From positions 1-34,008 of IMG/VR virus record IMGVR_UViG_3300025536_000009: 34,008 nt of DNA. The stretch is one strand, 5' to 3'. The position numbers and the translations under genes are program-made. Of the stretch, positions 6,427-13,612 are shown in pieces (within the stretch, counting starts at the first letter, position 1; every line of letters starts with the position of its first letter). This DNA is from a virus. The notes under the pieces were generated by a model. That model had not been told where the DNA came from. It searched no databases and was given only the letters and a program-made list of their open reading frames with translations.

Positions 6427-7108
6427 GATACAGAATGACGGCAAACTTCACACCCGGTATTCAGAGCTGACTCAATGCACTGATGCCGGGATTGTCCGGG
6501 TGCTGCAGCTGAGAGCCGGTGAGCTGAAGAAGTTCACCACCGCTTCAACTCAGTTTGGATCCACCCGTCATGAGATGTTTGAAGAAGATGTGGCAGAGAC
6601 CGGCAACGTGCCGGAAGTATTCACTCACCATGAGGTGACACGGGAAGAGGTCCGGGCAACCGGCAAGACTCCCTATGAATATCAGTTCCTGATTGGCTCT
6701 ATGCCGGTCAGCCATTGTGAGCAAAGCTTTGCCACTGAACTCTTCCCCGGTGTGGTGATCCACTTCACCCCGGATGAGATTGCTTCAGAGCTTCAGACGA
6801 TCATTGACACCAAGACTATGATCCCCAATGAAGCCGGGAAGGTGAATCCAAACAAGTATCTGAAGAGCATTCAGCTCAAGCTCTATGCCCTGCTGCTGAG
6901 ACCTCACGGGATCACCATCACAAAGGGACTGTTCTTGATTGAGCAGTGGACCCGTGACTATAAGGACATCACTGACTATCATGTGGTTCCTCAGAAGATT
7001 GGTATCATGGAGATGGGAGAAGCTCAAGCTTGGGCAAAGGAGCGTGTCTCCCGTTTACAAACAGGCATTGAATGGTGGAATAGCCAAGAAGGAGTTGCAA
7101 AGATATGA
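6413..7108 (+). CDS. PD-(D/E)XK exonuclease (lambda Exo/RecB/Cas4-like), partner of the annealase
   Basis: Start at MKQYKIQ. FGSTRHEMFEED, then ..IIDTKT.. and QLKLYALLL (a QxxxY-type motif), in the order typical of this fold. Confidence 0.55.
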   Translation: MKQYKIQNDGKLHTRYSELTQCTDAGIVRVLQLRAGELKKFTTASTQFGSTRHEMFEEDVAETGNVPEVFTHHEVTREEVRATGKTPYEYQFLIGSMPVSHCEQSFATELFPGVVIHFTPDEIASELQTIIDTKTMIPNEAGKVNPNKYLKSIQLKLYALLLRPHGITITKGLFLIEQWTRDYKDITDYHVVPQKIGIMEMGEAQAWAKERVSRLQTGIEWWNSQEGVAKI

Positions 7109-7323
7109 GTATAATTGGCAAGCATGACGTTGGAGTTGAGGTGCCTTACATCCCCTCACGGGCTGAACGCCGGGCACGGGCAAAGAAGGCAGGTGTCTTC
7201 AAGCACAAAGGTGGTTGGAAGCACGTCAATGATGCTGCCTATATGCAGCGGAACAATGCCATTCAGAAGGCTGTTGATCTGCAGCACAAGAAGCAGAACG
7301 CTCCAAAACAGAAGGGAGAGTGA
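7105..7323 (+). CDS. Hypothetical basic protein, 72 aa
   Basis: ATGA overlap; RBS gaaggag. Confidence 0.6.
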   Translation: MSIIGKHDVGVEVPYIPSRAERRARAKKAGVFKHKGGWKHVNDAAYMQRNNAIQKAVDLQHKKQNAPKQKGE

Positions 7324-7436
7324 TGTTCAAGTTACCACACATACATTGGCATAAGCCGGTTGGAGATTGGACCGGGTACATTGGCATCAAGCGGTGCCGG
7401 TGTGGTCATGAGAAGGAATATGAGATCTATCCATGA
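7323..7436 (+). CDS. Possible micro-protein, 37 aa (MFKLPHIHWHKPVGDWTGYIGIKRCRCGHEKEYEIYP)
   Basis: Fills the gap exactly, with TGATG and ATGA overlaps at its two ends. Confidence 0.4.
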   Translation: MFKLPHIHWHKPVGDWTGYIGIKRCRCGHEKEYEIYP

Positions 7437-7915
7437 ATGAACTTCAGCACCACAAGGAAGCAACACGTCACATGAAGCGTGCTCATCCGGGACTGATCTT
7501 CCGGACTGACTATGGTGCCGGTCTGAAGCTGACAGTTGGTCAGGCAAAGACTCAGAAGGCACTGCAGGAGTCTGATTCATTCCCGGACATCACGGTCTTT
7601 GAACCGGTTGGCAAATATCATGGATTCTTTGCTGAGATGAAGGTGCCGGAGCAGCAGCTGCTGAGGTCAAAGGATCTCACTAAGATGCTGAAGAATGACG
7701 TGAAGATCCGGAAGGCAGGTGATTGGTGGGACCGTCACATTGAGAAGCAGGCTGAGATGATGATCCGGCTCCAAGCAAAGGGATATGCCTGCACGTTCAC
7801 GCTTGGTCATGCTGACTTCAAGAAGAAGCTTGCAGAGTACCTTGCAGGCAAAGAGTTCCCGGTCCTATATGTGTTCAGTGAGCAAGCACCGGATGATGAT
7901 GACAGTCCATTCTGA
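7433..7915 (+). CDS. VRR-NUC-like PD-(D/E)XK nuclease (possible Holliday-junction/branch resolvase)
   Basis: FPDITVFEPVGKYHGFFAEMKV gives a D..(n)..E-x-K arrangement. Sits next to the recombination genes. Confidence 0.55.
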   Translation: MNELQHHKEATRHMKRAHPGLIFRTDYGAGLKLTVGQAKTQKALQESDSFPDITVFEPVGKYHGFFAEMKVPEQQLLRSKDLTKMLKNDVKIRKAGDWWDRHIEKQAEMMIRLQAKGYACTFTLGHADFKKKLAEYLAGKEFPVLYVFSEQAPDDDDSPF

Positions 7916-7916
7916 C

Positions 7917-7945
7917 TTGCAATTCATAAGCGGTTGCGATATTAT
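7917..7945 (+). promoter_or_regulatory. Early/middle promoter cassette 3
   Basis: ttgcaattcataAGCGGTTGCGATATTAT, then leader agagtaacaaaacataatcatg and aaggagaccatc before ATG 7980. Confidence 0.6.
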
Positions 7946-7979
7946 AGAGTAACAAAACATAATCATGAAGGAGACCATC

Positions 7980-8627
7980 ATGAGTACAGAAGACAAACAA
8001 ACTGCAGTGATCACCGTTGACGCTGCATCAACCAAAGAGGTGAGCATCTTTGAGAAGACTGCCAATGAGCTGAAGATCACTTCAGCTGCAGACATGGAAG
8101 CTGCAGTGGACACGCTTGGCTCTATCAAGAAGATGCAGAAGTCTCTGAAGACCAAAGAGGATGAAGCCAAGAAGCCATTCCAAGAGACCCTCAATGGGAT
8201 CCGTGATGCATACCGTCCAATCAAGACCAACCTTGACAAAGCTGAGAGCACCATCAAGCAGAAGATTGGTGCCTTCCGAACTGCTGAAGCAAAGAAGGCT
8301 GAAGAGAAGAAGGCAAAGATTGAAGCACGGGTTGGTGAAGGACGGGGCAAGCTGAAGGTAGACACTGCCATCAATCAGATCTCAAACGTTGAGAGCAGCC
8401 GGTCAGCCAATCACGTTGACACCGGCAGCTCAAGCATGACGGTCCGGAAGATCAAGAAGCTCAACATCACTGATGAATCTTTGATTCCCCGTGAGTTCCT
8501 TGTAGTTGACCAAGCCAAAGTCCGTGCTGCAGCCTTCAAGATCTATGATCTGAAGAAGGAAGGTGTGGCTGTTGATATGATCCCCGGTGTGAATGTCACT
8601 GAGGAAGAGAGCTATGGTGCACGCTAG
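7980..8627 (+). CDS. Coiled-coil protein, 215 aa (possibly Gp157/DUF1351-like, recombination-module associated)
   Basis: Start at MSTEDKQ after aaggagaccatc. Long K/E/A-rich helical region. The family resemblance is only a recollection. Confidence 0.55.
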   Translation: MSTEDKQTAVITVDAASTKEVSIFEKTANELKITSAADMEAAVDTLGSIKKMQKSLKTKEDEAKKPFQETLNGIRDAYRPIKTNLDKAESTIKQKIGAFRTAEAKKAEEKKAKIEARVGEGRGKLKVDTAINQISNVESSRSANHVDTGSSSMTVRKIKKLNITDESLIPREFLVVDQAKVRAAAFKIYDLKKEGVAVDMIPGVNVTEEESYGAR

Positions 8628-8734
8628 TGATCAAGAGCATCATCACGGTATCTGAGACCGGTGAAGTCACCGTGCTCAATCCGGATATAGTCAAGGTGAT
8701 CTACAAAGACACCGGAGAGGAAGTTGAATCATGA
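8627..8734 (+). CDS. Possible micro-protein, 35 aa, GTG start
   Basis: Fills the 8627-8731 gap exactly, with TAGTG and ATGA overlaps. No convincing RBS. Confidence 0.3.
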   Translation: MIKSIITVSETGEVTVLNPDIVKVIYKDTGEEVES

Positions 8735-9015
8735 ATCAAAACGTCCAAGACATACTCAATGAATTGCCGGTGACGGTGGTTGAAGATCCTGCCTTTGATG
8801 ACACGGAGCTTGTGCTCTACATTCAGCGTCTGAAGAACGGTGAATCTGGTGAGTCATTCTTCTGCTTCTATGCACCTGATGATGACGGTGACATGGTGAA
8901 CGGCACCCTCAGTGGAGCCGGTCTCACTATGGTTGAAGCTTTGAATGAGCTGCTCCATAACTACAAAACTGAATACCCCAAGTGGCTTGCTGATCAGAAG
9001 GAGAGCATTGAATAA
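8731..9015 (+). CDS. Hypothetical acidic protein, 94 aa
   Basis: RBS ggagaggaag; ORF track. Confidence 0.7.
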   Translation: MNQNVQDILNELPVTVVEDPAFDDTELVLYIQRLKNGESGESFFCFYAPDDDGDMVNGTLSGAGLTMVEALNELLHNYKTEYPKWLADQKESIE

Positions 9016-9016
9016 T

Positions 9017-9334
9017 ATGGCAGGAGATCAAAAGACTGCAGCACAAAAGAGAACTGAAGCCTTACTTGCTAAGGATCCAGATCACTTCCGGAAGTTAGCT
9101 GCCAAGAAGAAGGGACTTCCGAATCCATCAAAGACCAAGTTCACCTCAAAGGTGGCTGCCAAGTTTGGAGCCAAAGGTGGGAGTGCACCACGCCGGAGCA
9201 AGGAGATCATTGAAGCTGACCGAAGGTTGGAGCATGGTCTCATTGAGCTGAACAATCAATCAGCGTCCCGGCAATATCAGAATGAGCACCATCAGAAGAT
9301 AGTGCAGGAAGGGTTCAAGGGTGAGAAGTCATGA
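9017..9334 (+). CDS. Hypothetical basic protein, 105 aa
   Basis: Start at MAGDQKT after aaggagagcattgaataat. The track start at 8945 overlaps the upstream gene. Confidence 0.6.
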   Translation: MAGDQKTAAQKRTEALLAKDPDHFRKLAAKKKGLPNPSKTKFTSKVAAKFGAKGGSAPRRSKEIIEADRRLEHGLIELNNQSASRQYQNEHHQKIVQEGFKGEKS

Positions 9335-9642
9335 GCAAACAACTATGTGACTATGGTCAGGATCTAGCACGGAAGCTGAAGCTCTCCAATGAGTTCCGGC
9401 TTTGCAAGAAGCCTGTTGAATATCAAGACTTCTGCCTTGAGCATCTTCCCTTTGAGCTGCAGAAGCAGCGTGAGTGGGAGAACACCCCTCATGAGAAGCG
9501 TCAGGAATACTTGGATCTATTGCATCAAGGCAAGTCCATTGGTGAAGCACGGGAATTAGTAGGCATCAGCTTTGAAGCTGCACTTGAGATCACCAACCGG
9601 TCAATCAAGAGCCACCTCTATCTTGGGAAGGAAGCAGCATGA
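9331..9642 (+). CDS. Putative HTH DNA-binding protein, 103 aa
   Basis: C-terminal LHQGKSIGEARELVGISFEAALEITNR resembles a helix-turn-helix; ATGA overlap. Confidence 0.5.
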   Translation: MSKQLCDYGQDLARKLKLSNEFRLCKKPVEYQDFCLEHLPFELQKQREWENTPHEKRQEYLDLLHQGKSIGEARELVGISFEAALEITNRSIKSHLYLGKEAA

Positions 9643-9983
9643 CCATTGAAGAGAAGCTTGCTCAGTGCTCAGAGACTGAGCTGAAGATCATTGCAATCCT
9701 TCACATGTCCGGTGGGAGTTGGTTTGGGTATGGTAATTGTTACTACCCTCATTCAGCCATTGAAGCAGGTGAAGGACAGATCTTTGGCAAGGCATGGCAT
9801 GAAGAGATTGGTGACAGGAAGAACATCAGCAAGCTGCTGAAACACCTCAGAGAGTTGGATCTTGTGCACTTCATGAGAGGACTTATGACTGATGACGGGC
9901 AAGTTGCCGGGTCCGGTCATGCTCCCAATCCTGAATATGAGCAAGACTTCCAGAAGCTTGTTGAATCAAAGGAGTGGGAGTGA
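9639..9983 (+). CDS. Hypothetical protein, 114 aa
   Basis: ATGA overlap; RBS gggaaggaag. Confidence 0.65.
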   Translation: MTIEEKLAQCSETELKIIAILHMSGGSWFGYGNCYYPHSAIEAGEGQIFGKAWHEEIGDRKNISKLLKHLRELDLVHFMRGLMTDDGQVAGSGHAPNPEYEQDFQKLVESKEWE

Positions 9984-10282
9984 TGCTTGAGACCAAACAA
10001 CTATCACGGACCACACCTTGTGCACTGTTCAAGATCCGGGCACCAATATGGAATGGCAAAGCTCAGAAGCGTGTGGTGGGATTGAACCGGGCACTGATCC
10101 GGCAGCACAATGAGATTCACTTCACCTATGTCCGGAAGTCTGACAATGAGTTGTCCATACCCGGTGCCTTCTACTTTGACGGCACCCGGCTGAATGAACT
10201 TGACTATGAGCTGCAGAACGTCCGGGGCACCACGCTTGTGCTGATCCCGTTCACGGATCTGCAGGCTTTGGAACGTATATAA
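9983..10282 (+). CDS. Hypothetical protein, 99 aa
   Basis: ATG at 9983 (TGATG overlap, RBS ggagtgggag). The track start at 9974 is non-ATG. Confidence 0.6.
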   Translation: MLETKQLSRTTPCALFKIRAPIWNGKAQKRVVGLNRALIRQHNEIHFTYVRKSDNELSIPGAFYFDGTRLNELDYELQNVRGTTLVLIPFTDLQALERI

Positions 10283-10301
10283 TAAAAGAAGGGAGATCAT
10301 T

Positions 10302-10652
10302 ATGATCTTGAGCGGTTATCTAGTAATAACACCGAAGCAAACGGGGAACAACTACTATCCCCGGAAGACTGCTGAGATGAGAGTCATGAAGCAGAAGCCA
10401 ACTCTGAAGGCAAAGGAGATTGCATTCAACTTGGAGATCACATTGCCTGACACGTTGTGGGACCGTCCAATCACTGAGATCAAGCTTGACGTGCCAAGAG
10501 ACATCCTTGTGAATCCGGATGCCACCACTGCAGTCAAAATGATCTCACCTGAAGTGGCTGATGCCCTGAAGGTGGAAGTCAAGGACATTGAAGACGGTCT
10601 GCTTGCAGCCATTAAGAAGAGAGAGGACGCTCAAAATGACAACCAAAGCTGA
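10302..10652 (+). CDS. Hypothetical protein, 116 aa
   Basis: RBS aagaagggagatcatt. Confidence 0.7.
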   Translation: MILSGYLVITPKQTGNNYYPRKTAEMRVMKQKPTLKAKEIAFNLEITLPDTLWDRPITEIKLDVPRDILVNPDATTAVKMISPEVADALKVEVKDIEDGLLAAIKKREDAQNDNQS

Positions 10653-11247
10653 CATCAAAGAGAACAGAATGAATCTGATCCGGACCATCCGGGAGACTGA
10701 CCTTGAGTTGGTTGATCTCAAGTCCACCAAGAAGGAGCTTGATAAGGATCTCACTGAGCATGTGGCATCCTATCAGGAGAGCAAAGACATCAAGGAATTG
10801 AAGAATCAGATTGAGCTGAAGAAGGCTCAACTGAATGCCAAGCTCTCACAAGATCCAGACTTTGCTGAGATGATGAGCACCAAGACCAATCTGAATCAAC
10901 AGATTGCTGATGCCAAAGAGATCCTGAGCAGTCACGTTGTGGCTTGGAAGACCATGACCGGTGAAGATCAAGTTGAGTATGATGAAGTGATGGGCAAGGA
11001 AGTCATTGTCACCGGACGGCTTGGGAAGCTTGAGCGGTATCAGACCAACATCTTCACTCCTGAAGAGACCCGTGCCAAGCTTGCCGGTCCACTGCAGGGA
11101 ATGCAAGACATGGCTGATAAGCACGGAGCTGAGATCACAATCAGTGGTGGTGGCAAGGAAGTGACGCTCTCTCCAAGTCAAGGTGGAAGACCTGATCCAA
11201 GTGACTTGCCAAAGAAGAGGGGCAGACCACCAAAAGCAAAGGCATAG
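10636..11247 (+). CDS. Coiled-coil protein with a C-terminal AT-hook-like tail (KKRGRPPKAKA)
   Basis: Start at MTTKADI. Heptad-rich middle region, basic GRP tail. Confidence 0.6.
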   Translation: MTTKADIKENRMNLIRTIRETDLELVDLKSTKKELDKDLTEHVASYQESKDIKELKNQIELKKAQLNAKLSQDPDFAEMMSTKTNLNQQIADAKEILSSHVVAWKTMTGEDQVEYDEVMGKEVIVTGRLGKLERYQTNIFTPEETRAKLAGPLQGMQDMADKHGAEITISGGGKEVTLSPSQGGRPDPSDLPKKRGRPPKAKA

Positions 11248-11249
11248 CC

Positions 11250-11489
11250 ATGCACACCATTGTCTTCAGCATGGATCCTGAGAGCACAATCCTGATCATA
11301 GCGGATGACTATCCGGAAGGTGATCTGCAGGATCTCAGAGATAAGTTCCCACACCATAAGATTGTCAGCTGTTGCCGGAACCATGCACCCGGCAACGGTG
11401 CATTCATGGCACCTGCAGCAATGCTTGATAATGCTCCACCATGTGCAATAGTCTTGACCCCTGATGATGAGTGGAAGTTGCCACTTTAA
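11250..11489 (+). CDS. Hypothetical protein, 79 aa
   Basis: ORF track, tightly packed. Confidence 0.6.
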   Translation: MHTIVFSMDPESTILIIADDYPEGDLQDLRDKFPHHKIVSCCRNHAPGNGAFMAPAAMLDNAPPCAIVLTPDDEWKLPL

Positions 11490-11501
11490 GCATAAAGAGT
11501 A

Positions 11502-11530
11502 TTGACTTTTTTGAGCGGTTGCGATATGAT
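11502..11530 (+). promoter_or_regulatory. Early/middle promoter cassette 4
   Basis: ttgacttttttgAGCGGTTGCGATATGAT, then leader ggaagagtcaaacaattaaagcatatg and aaggagaccatcatc before ATG 11573. Confidence 0.6.
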
Positions 11531-11572
11531 GGAAGAGTCAAACAATTAAAGCATATGAAGGAGACCATCATC

Positions 11573-11839
11573 ATGCAAGACAAAACCAAAAACATCATCA
11601 ACAATATCAACCAATCAGGCTTCATGCAGAAGACAACTGTTCTCTGCCGGACGTTCTGGTCAGTAGCACTTGTGCTTGGACCTGCAGCACTGTCAGCTTA
11701 TCTTTTGCTGACGGTAGCTGATCACGTTGTCACCGTGCTTGGTGTACTCTTTGCAGTCATCAGCCTTGTCAACTTGGTCAGGATTGCATACCGTGCCAAC
11801 ACCTCTGTCAAGAAGACCTCTAAGAAGGCAGCCAAGTAG
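11573..11839 (+). CDS. Membrane protein, 88 aa (two TM helices, basic tail)
   Basis: Start at MQDKTKN after aaggagaccatcatc. FWSVALVLGPAALSAYLLLTV and VTVLGVLFAVISLVNLV. Confidence 0.65.
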   Translation: MQDKTKNIINNINQSGFMQKTTVLCRTFWSVALVLGPAALSAYLLLTVADHVVTVLGVLFAVISLVNLVRIAYRANTSVKKTSKKAAK

Positions 11840-11852
11840 CTTGTGCTATAAT
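11839..11852 (+). promoter_or_regulatory. GCTTGTGCTATAAT promoter box
   Basis: gcttgtgctataat, 20 nt upstream of ATG 11873 (RBS aaaaggagacc). Confidence 0.55.
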
Positions 11853-11872
11853 TGGGAAGTCAAAAGGAGACC

Positions 11873-12580
11873 ATGAGTATCAAACGATATATCACCATTC
11901 TGATTGCCACCTTCATCCTTAGCGTCCCGGCAATCTACATCAAGGATCAGAACATCAAACTTGAGAAGCAAGAGTCAGTGGCACGGTATCAGGTGCAGCT
12001 TGCTTCCACCCGTGCAGCTGAAGCTGCCGAACAACAGAAGCTTGAAGAGCAGAAGGCAATTGAACTTGCTGAAGCTCAACGTATTGAAGCAGAGCGTGTG
12101 GCTGCAGAGCAGGCTGCTCAGGCAGCTGAAGCTGAGAAGCAACGTGTTGCTCAGGTTCAAGCTCAGGAAGCTGCTGTGGCTGCTGCTGCAGCGTCAAACT
12201 GTGGACCGGCAGACCCTGCCGTTGTCTACAATGTGCTGAGAGAACTTGGCTTGAGCCGGACTGCAGCAATCCAACAGGTAGGATCATGGAAGCATGAGTC
12301 CGGATTGGATCCATGTCAGAAGCGTGGTGACGGTGGTGTTGCTTGGGGACTGAACTCATGGCACCCCGGAAGGCGTGCTGATATGCCTGAGAATCTTAGG
12401 GATCAGATAGTGTGGGCAATTCAGACTGAGCTTCCAAGAGATTGTGCTGAGTGCTATCAGATCATCATGAGTCCAAACGCCGGAGTGTCATCCGTCCGTG
12501 CAGCCATTCAAAAGACTACCCGTTGGGGAGTGCTTGGCAACCGTTGGATCTATGCTGATCAACTGATGAATCAACTCTAG
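11873..12580 (+). CDS. Membrane-anchored protein with an A/E/Q-rich coiled coil and a C-terminal domain resembling phage tail-lysozyme/peptidoglycan-hydrolase modules
   Basis: MSIKRYITILIATFILSVPAIYI anchor. AEAAEQQKLEEQKAIELAEAQRIEAERVAAEQAAQAAEAEKQRVAQ coiled coil. Then GSWKHESGLDPCQKRGDGGVAWGLNSWHPGRR, which is like the ES..(n)..G.(F/W)QW..R pattern of that family (from memory). Confidence 0.55.
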   Translation: MSIKRYITILIATFILSVPAIYIKDQNIKLEKQESVARYQVQLASTRAAEAAEQQKLEEQKAIELAEAQRIEAERVAAEQAAQAAEAEKQRVAQVQAQEAAVAAAAASNCGPADPAVVYNVLRELGLSRTAAIQQVGSWKHESGLDPCQKRGDGGVAWGLNSWHPGRRADMPENLRDQIVWAIQTELPRDCAECYQIIMSPNAGVSSVRAAIQKTTRWGVLGNRWIYADQLMNQL

Positions 12581-12594
12581 TCAGATTCCATTAT

Positions 12595-12608
12595 GCTTGT
12601 GCTATCAT
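12595..12608 (+). promoter_or_regulatory. GCTTGTGCTATCAT promoter box
   Basis: gcttgtgctatcat, followed by ataggagaccaagcacaATG (12633). Confidence 0.5.
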
Positions 12609-12632
12609 ATAAATGATAGGAGACCAAGCACA

Positions 12633-12803
12633 ATGTCAAAAAGACAAACGTATTCAAAGCCACCTATGGCAGTGCCACCGCTCATTCTGGTGGACACCGG
12701 CAAACGCTGCACCATTGATGGGAAGAACTACCGGATCCTTGCCATAGAGCGTGCCAAAGAGACTGACGTGACATATAAGTTCAAGAAGCCTAAGAAGGCA
12801 TGA
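12633..12803 (+). CDS. Hypothetical basic protein, 56 aa
   Basis: Start at MSKRQTY after aggagaccaagcaca. The track start at 12597 lies in the promoter box. Confidence 0.55.
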   Translation: MSKRQTYSKPPMAVPPLILVDTGKRCTIDGKNYRILAIERAKETDVTYKFKKPKKA

Positions 12804-13165
12804 CAGAACTTCAGAGACTTCCTTGTGATCCAGAGATCCCGTGCCCCTTGCGTGAGGGCATAGGCTGCCATGAGGATGTGCATCACCACTACTATGAGCG
12901 TGCCACATACCGGAAGCTTGGCACCCTTGCAATGACCTTCCGGGAGTTGCCGGAGAACAAGGACCGCCGGTGCCGGAACATCCACAATATAGATCATGAG
13001 GTCAGTGATCCACCGCCGGTCCCGGATGAAGCGTTCATGGCTCTTGCAGTTATGGAAGCGATCAACAAAGGGATCCTGCAGCCAAGCAAGACCAAGATGA
13101 AGAAGCTCAGACCTGCCATCAACAGGGCATTGACAGAGTTTGAAGAAGATGAGAAAAGTGCTTGA
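12800..13165 (+). CDS. Cys/His-rich protein, 121 aa, last gene of the rightward block (possible metal-binding regulator or HNH-like; unresolved)
   Basis: PCDPEIPCPLREGIGCHEDVHHHYYER ... CRNIHNIDHE; ATGA overlap. Confidence 0.55.
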   Translation: MTELQRLPCDPEIPCPLREGIGCHEDVHHHYYERATYRKLGTLAMTFRELPENKDRRCRNIHNIDHEVSDPPPVPDEAFMALAVMEAINKGILQPSKTKMKKLRPAINRALTEFEEDEKSA

Positions 13166-13190
13166 CAATTCATGACGCTTGTGCTATTAT
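13162..13190 (+). promoter_or_regulatory. Near-consensus sigma70-type promoter with no downstream CDS
   Basis: TTGACA (13162-13167), 17 nt, gTGcTATTAT (13185-13190). Contains the GCTTGTGCTAT box. Confidence 0.65.
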
Positions 13191-13196
13191 GTATAC

Positions 13197-13338
13197 AGTT
13201 GATAAGCAACACAAACATCAACAACAGATAGTCAAGCGTAATATCATGACACTTCCACTCCTAGCGATAGAAGAACAACGGCTAGCCACTGACGATCAGC
13301 AACAAAAAGACCCGGACAATTGCCGGGTCTTTTGCTTC
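13197..13338 (+). ncRNA. Candidate ~140-nt small RNA bounded by the 13162 promoter and the 13304 terminator
   Basis: No GGAG RBS. A/C-rich 5' part. Hairpins gttgat/atcaac (13198-13222) and ctagc/gctag (13261-13285), plus the terminator hairpin. The only ORF runs through the terminator. Confidence 0.4.
13304..13332. terminator. Bidirectional intrinsic terminator between the convergent early and late blocks
   Basis: aaaagacccgg-acaattg-ccgggtctttt: an 11-bp stem flanked by an A-run and a T-run. Confidence 0.8.
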
Positions 13339-13346
13339 GTGTGAGA

Positions 13347-13592
13347 CTATACTCTCTTGCGGTTCATGAAGAATGCAATGAGTCCTGCAGGGATGCCAAT
13401 GGTGGCAAGCAACAGGATGAGCAAGCTCAAGCCTTCTGTCTGGACAAAGTTGTTCACATAGTCACTGACACCGGGCAGCTGCCACAATCCATAGAGGAAT
13501 GCTCCAATGGTGGCAATGGCTGTCTGGATGAAGGTCCGGAAGCCTTTGCCTTCTGCAGTTGTTTTGTCTAGTATCTTTGGCGTGTCTGCCAT
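13347..13592 (-). CDS. Holin (two TM helices, basic C-terminus), 81 aa
   Basis: Start at MADTPKIL after aagaaggagaatcat. TFIQTAIATIGAFLYGLW and LSLLILLLATIGIPAGLIAFF, then NRKRV. Immediately downstream of the endolysin. Confidence 0.65.
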   Translation of the reverse strand: MADTPKILDKTTAEGKGFRTFIQTAIATIGAFLYGLWQLPGVSDYVNNFVQTEGLSLLILLLATIGIPAGLIAFFMNRKRV

Positions 13593-13612
13593 ATGATTCT
13601 CCTTCTTACTTA

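Noticed and set aside
11904-12359. Track ORFs 11904-12239 (+), 11955-12359 (-) and 11975-12160 (-)
   Set aside because: They are shadow frames created by the gct/gaa/gca-rich low-complexity DNA that encodes the A/E/Q coiled coil of the 11873-12580 gene.
13162-13344. 60-aa plus-strand ORF
   Set aside because: Its start codon is the TTG of the -35 hexamer, it has no RBS, and it reads through the terminator stem. I interpreted the region as a non-coding transcript instead.
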